A DNA stretch of 33,512 nucleotides, taken from IMG/VR virus record IMGVR_UViG_3300027976_000003, one strand, 5' to 3'. The position numbers and the translations under genes were made by a program. This DNA comes from a virus. Shown here piece by piece: positions 15,550 through 24,615 of this stretch (position 1 is the first letter of the stretch; each line of letters opens with the position of its first letter). The notes below the pieces were generated by a model. It saw only the letters and a list, made by a program, of their open reading frames with translations, searched no databases and was not told where the DNA came from.

Positions 15550-15791
15550 AGCACACACACTATTTAGGTAAGCCTTGTGTTAACGGTCACGTAAATGACG
15601 ACGGTTATTCGATACGATTAAAGAGTTCCAGTGCTTGTGTAGCATGTAATAAAGAGTCAACACAGAGGAATAGACCAGTAACAACTAGGGGAGACCCTCC
15701 ACTTAAAAGTACAGCAAAATGTACAAATTATTGGAGCGGAACATTAACACAACTTAGAGCGAAACTTAAAAGAGAAGGAGAATTAGTATGA
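15540..15791 (+). CDS. Small zinc-ribbon-like protein (GKPCxNGH...CxxC motif)
   Basis: YLGKPCVNGHVNDDGYSIRLKSSSACVACNK is a motif recurrent in small phage proteins. Confidence 0.5.
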   Translation: MSLKHTHYLGKPCVNGHVNDDGYSIRLKSSSACVACNKESTQRNRPVTTRGDPPLKSTAKCTNYWSGTLTQLRAKLKREGELV

Positions 15792-16027
15792 AAAAAGAGA
15801 AAGTAAAGGTAAGTGGAATATTCCACAGAGTAACACGCGCACCAATGGGTATGTATGGATTGGAGTCAATTACAGTTGAGGACGGCGTCGTAACTGAAAG
15901 TAAAGTAGTAGATCCAAACTATCCAACTATTACACTTGCACAATTCGGTAAGCAAGCATTTGTCGAAGCACAAGAAGCATACGACAAACGTTCGCAGGAA
16001 GAATATGCAAAACAGGAAAACAAATGA
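15788..16027 (+). CDS. Hypothetical protein
   Basis: 79-aa ORF with SD gaaggag. Confidence 0.55.
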   Translation: MKKEKVKVSGIFHRVTRAPMGMYGLESITVEDGVVTESKVVDPNYPTITLAQFGKQAFVEAQEAYDKRSQEEYAKQENK

Positions 16028-16290
16028 GTTTCATTGTTTGGCCATTAGTATTACTAATAGTTGCAGCATTGAGTTTCTACTTGCTTAATAAGTATCTAGA
16101 CCAGCGACAATTAGAAATTAACCTAAGAAACTCTATAAATAATGGAGCAGCTGATGCTGCACTTGCTGTTGCCGCTAAAGAGTTGCACAAACAATTCGAT
16201 GAGCGGATAAACAAAACATGGGAGACCATCGCGATCACCAAAACGGAACTCGAATCTCTTAAGTTACAGCTTGCAATTAAGGGTAAATGA
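16024..16290 (+). CDS. N-terminally membrane-anchored coiled-coil protein
   Basis: FIVWPLVLLIVAALSFYLL is followed by a charged helical region. ATGA overlaps occur at both ends. Confidence 0.55.
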   Translation: MSFIVWPLVLLIVAALSFYLLNKYLDQRQLEINLRNSINNGAADAALAVAAKELHKQFDERINKTWETIAITKTELESLKLQLAIKGK

Positions 16291-18377
16291 TGGAACAATT
16301 TGGTAATAACGATCCCATAGTGGACGAAAACTTAGATGAAGATCTGTACGACAAACAAGTGGAAGACGATTGGGCACTTAAATATTTTGCAGCGGCACCT
16401 ACAAGGGAATGTGCTGATGAAATTCTTAAGCGTTGCGACGATTATTGGACATTCTGCAAAACAAGTAACTGGTTCGAGAACTGGAGAAAACTTTACTATG
16501 CATACAATCCAAACAGGTATGTTGCTGGTCAAACAATTATGGCAGGCGAAAGTAACGAGTATAGGACAATTAAAGTAAATCACTTCCGTAATTTACTGGA
16601 ACATATCCAAACACTATCCATTACAGACCGTCCTGCTTGGCAACCACAAAGCACTAACAGTGATAGTTCAAGCCAAAAGCAAACTATTATTGCAGCAGGT
16701 GTATTGGATTATATGATGCGCGAAAAGCGTGTAGAACGTCACTTACGAGATGCAACACGAAATGCATTGTTGTTTACCGAGGGTTTCGTTAGTGAACGCT
16801 GGGAACCACAAGCCGGTAATGCAATTGCACAAGACCAAGACACTGGTGAAAAACGCCACGACGGTGATATTAAGTATTCCAGTCATGAGCCAGTAGACGT
16901 AGTACGTGATCCAAACCTTAAGCACTTCAGCCAGCGTTCGTGGATTGTATTACGCACATATGAGAACAAGTATGATCTTGCTAAACGTTATACAGAGTAT
17001 CAGGATGAGATTATCGACTGTAACTTAGGTGTAAGCAATGTTAACCACTACATGGCTGGGCAGTTTATGGATAGAAGTATAGAAACTGATCTTATTAGTG
17101 TGCTGAATTTCTACCACGTAAAGTCCCCGGCATGCCCAGAAGGTAGACAAATTACTATGTTACCGGACGGCACAGTATTAACAGACAGCATTCTGCTTTA
17201 TAAGCACTTGCCAATACATAGAATTGTAGCAAATGACCAACCAGGCACTCCAATGGGTATGTCTGTTAGCTTAGACTTACTTCCGTTACAGGAAATGTTA
17301 GATGCGCACTATAGTACAATTCTTTCAATTAACGAAAACTTTAGTATTCCTAAAATTCTATTGCCAACTGGTAGTAACATTATGGCGGACACACTAAGCC
17401 AGGGGTTTCAAGCAATCAGCTATAATGCACAAAGCGGCAAACCAGAAGTAATGATTATGCCAACAGCACCGGATGGGCTGTTTAAAGCAATGTTACAATT
17501 GCAACAGGATATGGAAACAATCTCGGGTGTTAATAGTGTAAGTCGTGGTAACCCAGAAGCATCACTAAAGTCTGGTTCGGCACTTGCATTAGTTCAATCT
17601 ATGGCAATACAATTCAATGCTCCGTTACAACAGTCATACATACAACTATTGGAAGATGTAGGCACTGCTACTATTCAAATCATGCAAGACTATGCTAATA
17701 CACCGCGTATTATCCAAATTGCTGGCAAACGTAATAAAGGTATTGTACAACAGAGTTTCACAAATGAAGACATTAGTGGAATTAGTAGAGTACAGGTACA
17801 GGCAGGTAATCCACTAAGCAAAACAGTTTCAGGTAGACTAAGTATTGCACAGGATTTATTGCAGAATCAAATTATTACTACAGCAGCAGAGTATCTAATG
17901 GTATTAGAAACAGGATCGTTGGAACCAATGATACAAGGCCCAACAAGTGTATTGCTTAACTTAGCAAGCGAGAACGAACTGTTATTGGATGGAGAGCAAG
18001 TTCCAGTATTGTTTACAGACGAGCATATTTTACACATACAGGAACACACAGCACTTGCAAGTGATCCGCAGATTAGGATGGATCCGGAAAGGTTTGGTAT
18101 GTTGGCACAACACATTCAAGAGCACATCATGATGTTAAGTGACCCGATGTATCAAAATTTCCGTATGCTTACTAACCAGCCAAGCTTACCAGGTGCAGCA
18201 CCAAGTGGTATGCCACAACAACAGCAAATTGGAAATAACCAAGCAGCCGCTACTACGATGAGTGCAAGTAACGGACCTAATCCGCAAGTGCAAGAGAAGG
18301 CAAGTAAGGTAAACATGCCAAATTCACCAGCAAACGCTTTAACAGGCGAAAGACCAGAACTGGCACAACCAGTATAA
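16287..18377 (+). CDS. Portal protein
   Basis: 696-aa ORF lying between terL and the scaffold/capsid genes. Its size and position are typical. The C-terminus is Q/P-rich. Confidence 0.75.
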   Translation: MMEQFGNNDPIVDENLDEDLYDKQVEDDWALKYFAAAPTRECADEILKRCDDYWTFCKTSNWFENWRKLYYAYNPNRYVAGQTIMAGESNEYRTIKVNHFRNLLEHIQTLSITDRPAWQPQSTNSDSSSQKQTIIAAGVLDYMMREKRVERHLRDATRNALLFTEGFVSERWEPQAGNAIAQDQDTGEKRHDGDIKYSSHEPVDVVRDPNLKHFSQRSWIVLRTYENKYDLAKRYTEYQDEIIDCNLGVSNVNHYMAGQFMDRSIETDLISVLNFYHVKSPACPEGRQITMLPDGTVLTDSILLYKHLPIHRIVANDQPGTPMGMSVSLDLLPLQEMLDAHYSTILSINENFSIPKILLPTGSNIMADTLSQGFQAISYNAQSGKPEVMIMPTAPDGLFKAMLQLQQDMETISGVNSVSRGNPEASLKSGSALALVQSMAIQFNAPLQQSYIQLLEDVGTATIQIMQDYANTPRIIQIAGKRNKGIVQQSFTNEDISGISRVQVQAGNPLSKTVSGRLSIAQDLLQNQIITTAAEYLMVLETGSLEPMIQGPTSVLLNLASENELLLDGEQVPVLFTDEHILHIQEHTALASDPQIRMDPERFGMLAQHIQEHIMMLSDPMYQNFRMLTNQPSLPGAAPSGMPQQQQIGNNQAAATTMSASNGPNPQVQEKASKVNMPNSPANALTGERPELAQPV

Positions 18378-18438
18378 CCCAAAATTTGGGTGTAAACCAT
18401 AATGGAGCACCCAACCATAATCTAAGCAAAGGACGATA

Positions 18439-19320
18439 ATGGAAGAAAACGTAGTAAACACAGAAGTAAGTTCAGAAACATCAAACGAACCACAAGGAGT
18501 TGGCTCGCAGTCTAAGAACCAGCCAACAAACAATGTACCAGGTGCAGCACCAGGAGAAACTAAAGCAGAAACTCTTAAGCGTATGTATAAGGTAACAGTC
18601 GATGGTAGCGAAATGGAGGTAGACGAGGACGAACTGCGTCGAGGCTATAGCCATAATAAGGCAGCAGAGAAGAAGATGCAGGAAGCAGGGATGACACGTA
18701 AGGAAGCAGAGAAAGTATTAAGCATTTTCCGCGATAATCCACGCGAAGCATTCAAGTTACTTGGTAAGGATGCACGCGCATTTGCCGAGTCTGTAATTCA
18801 AGACGATTTAGACGAAGCAATGCTTAGTAAAGATCAAAAAGAACTTAGAGACTATAAGCGTCAATTGGAACAGTATCAACTAAGTGAAAAGTCTGCAAGA
18901 GAAGAGTATGAACGCGAACAAACTGAAACAGAAATGGCACGTTATACAGAGCACATCCAGCAAGAAATTGTTGGAACACTGGAAACTGCTGGATTACCGA
19001 GAACAGAGCGTACAGTTGGTCGTATCGCGTACTATATGCAGGCAGCATTGCAAGCAGGTTACAATGATGTAACTCCAAAGGATGTAATTGAGTATGTGCG
19101 TAACGATTATGTAACAGACTTTAAATCCTTTATGGGTGGTATGTCAGAACAGCAAATAGAAATGTTCTTAGGTGCAGATACAATGCGTAAGGTAGCAAAG
19201 TCTACACTAAGCAGCGGAATGAAAGAAAGAGTAGTACCAAAGTCGGTTAACACTAACATTCAACCACGTGATAAGGACAAGAAAGTAGTATCTCCAAGGG
19301 AATACTTTAAGAGAAAGTAA
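18439..19320 (+). CDS. Scaffolding protein
   Basis: 293 aa, highly charged (E/K/R/Q-rich) and helical in character, lying between the portal and major capsid genes. Confidence 0.65.
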   Translation: MEENVVNTEVSSETSNEPQGVGSQSKNQPTNNVPGAAPGETKAETLKRMYKVTVDGSEMEVDEDELRRGYSHNKAAEKKMQEAGMTRKEAEKVLSIFRDNPREAFKLLGKDARAFAESVIQDDLDEAMLSKDQKELRDYKRQLEQYQLSEKSAREEYEREQTETEMARYTEHIQQEIVGTLETAGLPRTERTVGRIAYYMQAALQAGYNDVTPKDVIEYVRNDYVTDFKSFMGGMSEQQIEMFLGADTMRKVAKSTLSSGMKERVVPKSVNTNIQPRDKDKKVVSPREYFKRK

Positions 19321-19337
19321 CCATTTGTATAAATACA

Positions 19338-19379
19338 GTTATAGATTCGAAAGCCTAAGGGTACATTCGAATCTATAAC
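19338..19379 (+). promoter_or_regulatory. Perfect 14-bp stem / 14-nt loop hairpin between the scaffold and capsid genes
   Basis: gttatagattcgaa (19338-19351) pairs with ttcgaatctataac (19366-19379). There is no T-run. TGTATAAAT (19326-19334) lies directly upstream. Confidence 0.5.
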
Positions 19380-19490
19380 AAACACTTAGTTAGAAGATTT
19401 TACGAGCCCCGAGGGTAAACTCCACAAATTGGAAAACTGGTACAAATAGAGTAATTTTTATTAACGCCATTATTCAAGGAGAATTATATC

Positions 19491-20753
19491 ATGGCTGGAA
19501 CCACAACAACAGACCTAAATGGTCTATTTAAGGAAGTTTATGCTTCCGACCTTATTAACTTAATCCCAGACGAAAGTCTTTTAGTTAAAGCAATCAAATT
19601 CCAAGGACGCGAGCACTTACTTGGTCTCACTTATAACCAACCGGTTATTGTACGCTCGGAACAAGGCTTTACATATAGCCGCCCAGATAATGGTGCGTTT
19701 GCTATCGAAGTACCAAGTTCAATGAAGACACGTAATGCATCGTTAGGAGCATTCCAAATCATCGAAAACAGTGGCATTTCGTACGAAGCAGTATCGCGTT
19801 CGAACAACGCAAACAGTTTCAAAGAAGCTACAGCACTTGTTATGCAAGACGCTATGGAATCCTTTGGTCGTAGAATCGAAATGGCTTTGCTATACGGTCA
19901 GGCAGCAACAGGCTTAGGTGAAATGCTATTGGCTACAAACGTATCCGCAACATCGACAACCATCACATTTGCAGCTGGACAGTGGTCTGCTGGTTTGTGG
20001 ACACCGTTGGAAGGTGCATCGTTGGACGCATATAGCTCAGCCGCAGCACACTTAAACACAGCCGCTCCATTAGTTGTAGCATCAATTGACGTAGTTGGTA
20101 AATCAATTACTGTTACTGGTGCAGCAGGCGACATTACAGCAGTAGAAGCAGGTGAAGTTGGTGGTTGGTTGCGTTTCTATAGCGCAGGTAGCGATGGTGC
20201 AGACGAAGCAGTTGGACTAGACAAAATCATGACCAACACAGGTACATTGTTCGGCATTGACGCAGCAGTTTACTCGCTATGGAAAGCAAACACATCAGCA
20301 GTCTCTGGCGCGTTGACACTTGCTAAGATTCAAGCTGGAGTTGCAACAGCAGCAGCACGTGGATTGAGCGAAGATGTATCCATCTACGTTAACCCAAGTG
20401 TATGGCAGTCATTATCTAATGAGCAAGTTGCGTTCCGTATGTTCGACAGTTCATACAGTTCTAAGAAAGCCAGCAATGGTTTCGAAGCATTGGAATTTTA
20501 CAGCCAGAACGGCAAGATCACTGTATACGCACACAAGTATGTAAAAGAAGGCGAAGCTTTTATGTTACCTACAGACCGTGCAGTACGTATTGGATCAACT
20601 GAAGTTAGCTTCAATATCCCAGGTACAGACAATGGTCAAGTGTTCATCCAGAATCCAAGCACAGCAGGCTTTACATTCCGCCTATATAGCGCACAGTCGC
20701 TATTGGTTGAGAAGCCAGCATCATGCGTGAAGTTCACTGGTATTACATTTTAA
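19491..20753 (+). CDS. Major capsid protein (HK97-fold type)
   Basis: 420 aa with the strongest SD in the window (aaggag). The N-terminus TDLNGLFKEVYASDLINLIPDES is typical of HK97-like capsid proteins. A terminator hairpin follows the gene. Confidence 0.85.
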   Translation: MAGTTTTDLNGLFKEVYASDLINLIPDESLLVKAIKFQGREHLLGLTYNQPVIVRSEQGFTYSRPDNGAFAIEVPSSMKTRNASLGAFQIIENSGISYEAVSRSNNANSFKEATALVMQDAMESFGRRIEMALLYGQAATGLGEMLLATNVSATSTTITFAAGQWSAGLWTPLEGASLDAYSSAAAHLNTAAPLVVASIDVVGKSITVTGAAGDITAVEAGEVGGWLRFYSAGSDGADEAVGLDKIMTNTGTLFGIDAAVYSLWKANTSAVSGALTLAKIQAGVATAAARGLSEDVSIYVNPSVWQSLSNEQVAFRMFDSSYSSKKASNGFEALEFYSQNGKITVYAHKYVKEGEAFMLPTDRAVRIGSTEVSFNIPGTDNGQVFIQNPSTAGFTFRLYSAQSLLVEKPASCVKFTGITF

Positions 20754-20770
20754 TTAATTAACTTGTAACA

Positions 20771-20806
20771 AGCCCCATATCCTTAACAGGACTGGGGCTT
20801 TATCAT
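20771..20806 (+). terminator. Intrinsic terminator candidate after the capsid gene
   Basis: agcccca (20771-20777) pairs with tggggct (20793-20799) and is followed by ttatcattt. Confidence 0.5.
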
Positions 20807-20841
20807 TTGCATAAATATAGTATAAATTTCGAGGATTAACA

Positions 20842-23800
20842 ATGACAACACCCGTAATAGTTTCAGGGCAGACTGTATTGTGGCCTACTACTGGTGACAC
20901 CAATTATTCAGCAGCTACAACTCAATATGTAAATTTAGTAGCATCAGCACTATATCCAACTGCAGGCGGCAGCCCAACTCCAGGTGATCCATATGTGCAT
21001 GGTCTAACAAATACGACAACCGGTAACGCTGGATGGTTATCATTAGATAACAGCAATAACTTAGTTGTAAGAGTTTTAAACAGCGGCGTATTAGGCCCGC
21101 CATTGGTATTCGGGACAGTTTCAAGCGTAACAGTAGATGGTACTGCTGGACGCATTACATCAAGTGGTAGCCCAATTACATCAAGCGGCATTATCACAGT
21201 AGACTTAGCTACAACAGCAGTAACTCCTGCTATATACACAAACCCAAATTTGACAGTTGATGCATATGGTCGCATCACAGCAGCAAGTAACGGTAGTGGT
21301 ACTATACCAGGTGGAGCAAACACAGAAATTCAATTCAACAATGTCGGCGCATTCGGCGGCAGTGCCAATTTAACGTGGGATGGTTCAACATTAGGTGTAA
21401 CTGGTAACAGCAATATAATCGGAAACGCACGCAGAATACAAGCACAATTCAGTGGTACAGGCTCAAATAGAACAGCATTCCAAACAAACCAACTCAATAC
21501 AGCCACTATAATAGAAGTGGTACCAAATGGCACTTCTACTTCCGCGTTCTTTCAATTAGAAACAGATAGTGCTATTGCTAATGGATCCCTATTATCCATT
21601 AGCGTAAGCACAACTGGTGCAAATCTAGATACAAATTTGCGCGGAACCGGATTAGCAATTCCACTCACTATGTTGTCAAGCGGATTACGTGGTATTAGAA
21701 TTGAACCATTAGGTAACGTAGTATTGGGCGGTACCGCAGCATTAACCACCACTGCAACAGATAGATTCGTATACTTAAACTCGATGAATGGGACACCAAC
21801 CGGTGTCCCTACAGTTCCAAGTGGTTATAGTGGTAAGAATCCCATTACAATCGACTATGCAAACGATAGATTATATTTCTATTCAAACAGTGCGTGGCAT
21901 GCAGCAGGTACTGGTTCTGGTTCGGTTACCAGTGTAGCAACAGGTATTGGATTAACAGGTGGGCCAATTACAACAACTGGCACAATTGATTTAGCAAACA
22001 CAGCAGTCACACCAGGTGTATATACAAGTGCAGATATCACAATTGATGCACAAGGAAGAATTACATCGGCTGCCAATGGCACAGCAGGTGGCGTAACAAG
22101 TTTCAATACAAGAACTGGAGCAGTTACATTAACAAGTTTGGATGTAACAGATGCATTGACATTTACTCCATATGACGACACTAACCCAGCAGGTTACACA
22201 ACCAACACTGGAACTGTTACATCAGTTACTGCCGGAGTTGGATTAAATGGCGGAGCAATTACTGCCAGCGGCACTATTGACTTAGCAGACACCGCAGTCA
22301 CACCAGGTGTATATACAAGTGCAGATATCACAGTGGATGCACAAGGGCGTATTACATTGGCTGCCAATGGCACAGCCGGTGGCGTAACAAGTTTCAATAC
22401 AAGAACTGGCGCAGTTACTCTTACATCATTGGATGTAACAGATGCATTGACATTTACTCCATATGACGACACTAACCCAGCGGGATACACTAATAATACT
22501 GGAACGGTAACAAGTGTAACAGTAAACGGCACAGCAGGCAGAATTACTTCAAGCGGAAGCCCTGTCACAACAAGTGGGGCAATTACTGTAGACTTAGATA
22601 CGACAGCAGTAACTCCAGGTTCATATACATTAACAGATATAACAGTAGATGCCTACGGCAGAATTACAGCAGCAGCCAATGGCACCGGCGGCGGTAGCGG
22701 AACCGTAACAAGCATCGATATTACTGGTGCAGATGGTGTAACAAGTTTGGGCGGCCCAATTACAACAAGTGGAGCAATCACAGTTGGACTTGGGGCAATA
22801 ACTCCAACAAGTGTAGCAGCATCAGGAACAGTTACAGGTAGTAACCTCTCAGGCACAAACACTGGTGATCAAACTATCACATTAACCGGCGGCGTAACAG
22901 GTTCCGGAACAGGAAGTTTCGCAGCAACGGTTATCACTAATGCTAACTTAACAGGTGATGTAACCTCAATTGGAAATGCAACAACACTCGCGAACACAGC
23001 AGTAACAGCAGCAAGTTACACCAATGCAGATATCACAGTGGATGCACAAGGGCGTATTACATTGGCAGCCAATGGCACAGCAGGTGGCGTAACAAGTTTC
23101 AATACAAGAACTGGAGCAGTTACATTAACAAGTTTGGATGTAACAGATGCATTGACATTTATTCCATATGACGACACTAACCCAGCAGGATACACTAATA
23201 ATACTGGAACGGTAACATCAGTAACTGCCGGAGTTGGATTAAATGGCGGAGCAATTACTTCATCTGGCACCATTGACTTAGCAGACACAGCAGTAACAGC
23301 AGCAAGTTACACCAATGCAGATATCACAGTGGATGCACAAGGGCGTATTACATTGGCAGCCAATGGCACAGCAGGTGGCGTAACAAGTTTCAATACAAGA
23401 ACTGGAGCAGTTACATTAACAAGTTTGGATGTAACAGATGCATTGACATTTATTCCATATGACGACACTAACCCAGCAGGATACACTAATAATACTGGAA
23501 CGGTAACATCAGTAACTGCCGGAGTTGGATTAAATGGCGGAGCAATTACTTCATCTGGCACCATTGACTTAGCAGACACAGCAGTAACAGCAGCAAGTTA
23601 CACCAATGCAGATATCACAATTGATGCACAGGGAAGAATTACATTGGCAGCCAATGGCAGTGGAGGAACACCAGCTGGTGCCAATACAGAAATTCAATTC
23701 AACAATGCTGGTGCATTCGGTGCAAGTAGCAACCTTATTTGGGATGGATCGAAGGTTGGAGTAACTGGTAATATAGAATTAGTTGGCACAGCACGCAGAA

Positions 23801-24615
23801 TAACTGCCGATATGTCAAATAGCACTGCAAGTAATAGGTTAGTATTTCAAACCAGTACAACAAATGGATTTACTGCACCAATTTTTGCACCAAACGGTAC
23901 TAGCACTGACACTGGCCTCAATGTGCAGAATAACAGCGATATTAATAACTGCGGAGCAATGCTTATCGCTTGTTCATCGACCGAAGGATATTTGCAATCC
24001 TATAAGCGCGGAACCGGCACAGCATTGCCGATGGTATTTAGAAACGCTGCTGCTAAGGCACTAACAATTTCAGTAGATACAAATCCAAACATTGTATTAG
24101 GTTACACTTCCGCATTACCGGCTGCATCCACAGAAGGGTTTCTATGGTTGCAAACTGTGCAAACTGTGCCAACAGGTGTACCAATAGATCCAGTGGGTTT
24201 CACAGTGGGAAGCAAGATTCCATTCGTAGTCAATACTACCGACGGTAAGTTGATGAAATACTTTGGTGGGGCTTGGGTAGAAGTTGTTAATACAGGGATT
24301 GCACAAAATAGCCAATCAGCCAACTATACTTGCGTATTAGATGATGCCAGTAAACATATCTTTCACCCTGCCAGTGATGCAAATGCACGAACATTTACAA
24401 TTCCTGCAAATGGATCTGTAGCATATCCAATTGGTTCTACATTGAGTTTCGTCAATATGACATCACAAGTAGTTTCAGTAGCGATAACAACAGATACATT
24501 GTACTTGGGTGGAGCAGGAACAACAGGAACTCGTTCAATGGCACAATATAGTGTTGCGACAGCATTAAAGATTACATCTACGAATTGGATCATTACAGGA
24601 ACAGGATTAACATAA
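20842..24615 (+). CDS. Tail fibre 1 (1257 aa), highly modular and repetitive
   Basis: Multiple copies of YTxADITVDAQGRIT-type modules. Two ANTEIQFNNxGAFG domains. The C-terminal tip reads ANYTCVLDDASKHIF...TIPANGSVAYPIGSTLSFVN...WIITGTGLT. Confidence 0.85.
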   Translation: MTTPVIVSGQTVLWPTTGDTNYSAATTQYVNLVASALYPTAGGSPTPGDPYVHGLTNTTTGNAGWLSLDNSNNLVVRVLNSGVLGPPLVFGTVSSVTVDGTAGRITSSGSPITSSGIITVDLATTAVTPAIYTNPNLTVDAYGRITAASNGSGTIPGGANTEIQFNNVGAFGGSANLTWDGSTLGVTGNSNIIGNARRIQAQFSGTGSNRTAFQTNQLNTATIIEVVPNGTSTSAFFQLETDSAIANGSLLSISVSTTGANLDTNLRGTGLAIPLTMLSSGLRGIRIEPLGNVVLGGTAALTTTATDRFVYLNSMNGTPTGVPTVPSGYSGKNPITIDYANDRLYFYSNSAWHAAGTGSGSVTSVATGIGLTGGPITTTGTIDLANTAVTPGVYTSADITIDAQGRITSAANGTAGGVTSFNTRTGAVTLTSLDVTDALTFTPYDDTNPAGYTTNTGTVTSVTAGVGLNGGAITASGTIDLADTAVTPGVYTSADITVDAQGRITLAANGTAGGVTSFNTRTGAVTLTSLDVTDALTFTPYDDTNPAGYTNNTGTVTSVTVNGTAGRITSSGSPVTTSGAITVDLDTTAVTPGSYTLTDITVDAYGRITAAANGTGGGSGTVTSIDITGADGVTSLGGPITTSGAITVGLGAITPTSVAASGTVTGSNLSGTNTGDQTITLTGGVTGSGTGSFAATVITNANLTGDVTSIGNATTLANTAVTAASYTNADITVDAQGRITLAANGTAGGVTSFNTRTGAVTLTSLDVTDALTFIPYDDTNPAGYTNNTGTVTSVTAGVGLNGGAITSSGTIDLADTAVTAASYTNADITVDAQGRITLAANGTAGGVTSFNTRTGAVTLTSLDVTDALTFIPYDDTNPAGYTNNTGTVTSVTAGVGLNGGAITSSGTIDLADTAVTAASYTNADITIDAQGRITLAANGSGGTPAGANTEIQFNNAGAFGASSNLIWDGSKVGVTGNIELVGTARRITADMSNSTASNRLVFQTSTTNGFTAPIFAPNGTSTDTGLNVQNNSDINNCGAMLIACSSTEGYLQSYKRGTGTALPMVFRNAAAKALTISVDTNPNIVLGYTSALPAASTEGFLWLQTVQTVPTGVPIDPVGFTVGSKIPFVVNTTDGKLMKYFGGAWVEVVNTGIAQNSQSANYTCVLDDASKHIFHPASDANARTFTIPANGSVAYPIGSTLSFVNMTSQVVSVAITTDTLYLGGAGTTGTRSMAQYSVATALKITSTNWIITGTGLT
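21998..22579 (+). repeat. Two diverged copies of the 291-bp (97-aa) fibre unit
   Basis: Units start at 21998 and 22289. They have scattered substitutions relative to each other and to the copies at 22994. Confidence 0.8.
22994..23618 (+). repeat. 100%-identical 291-bp tandem duplication plus 43 nt of a third copy, in frame in fibre 1
   Basis: I compared 22994-23284 and 23285-23575 base by base and found them identical. A third copy begins at 23576 and diverges after atatcaca. The identical minus-strand shadow ORFs 23016..23288 and 23307..23579 reflect this duplication. Confidence 0.95.

Noticed and set aside
18378-18438. Palindrome cccaaaatttggg, gggtg/caccc stem and aaccataat direct repeat between the portal and scaffold genes
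   Set aside because: The stems are short (5-6 bp) with no T-run and are compatible with chance in a 60-nt spacer. They are not strong enough to call a terminator or regulatory site.
20798-20827. Late promoter CTTTAT-17-TATAAAT upstream of fibre 1, paired with CTTTAA-17-TATAAA at 19305-19333
   Set aside because: There are only two instances and the -35 match is weak. At 20821 the predicted start would fall inside the SD of the fibre gene. This is insufficient support for a phage-specific promoter motif.
23016-23579. Identical 90-aa minus-strand ORFs 23016..23288 and 23307..23579, and many other minus-strand ORFs inside the fibre genes
   Set aside because: They are antisense open frames produced by biased G/T/A-rich codon usage and by the tandem duplication. 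They have no start context and lie fully inside strongly supported + strand genes.
22994-23618. CRISPR-like array, considered for both the 291-bp and the 105-bp regularly spaced repeats
   Set aside because: The units are directly abutting with no unique spacers. They are far longer than CRISPR repeats and lie in frame inside long ORFs. No cas genes are present.
21998-23650. Diversity-generating retroelement (TR/VR pair) in the tail fibre
   Set aside because: No reverse transcriptase ORF occurs anywhere in the window. Differences between the diverged and identical copies (for example ccaggtgta versus gcagcaagt) are not restricted to adenine positions.
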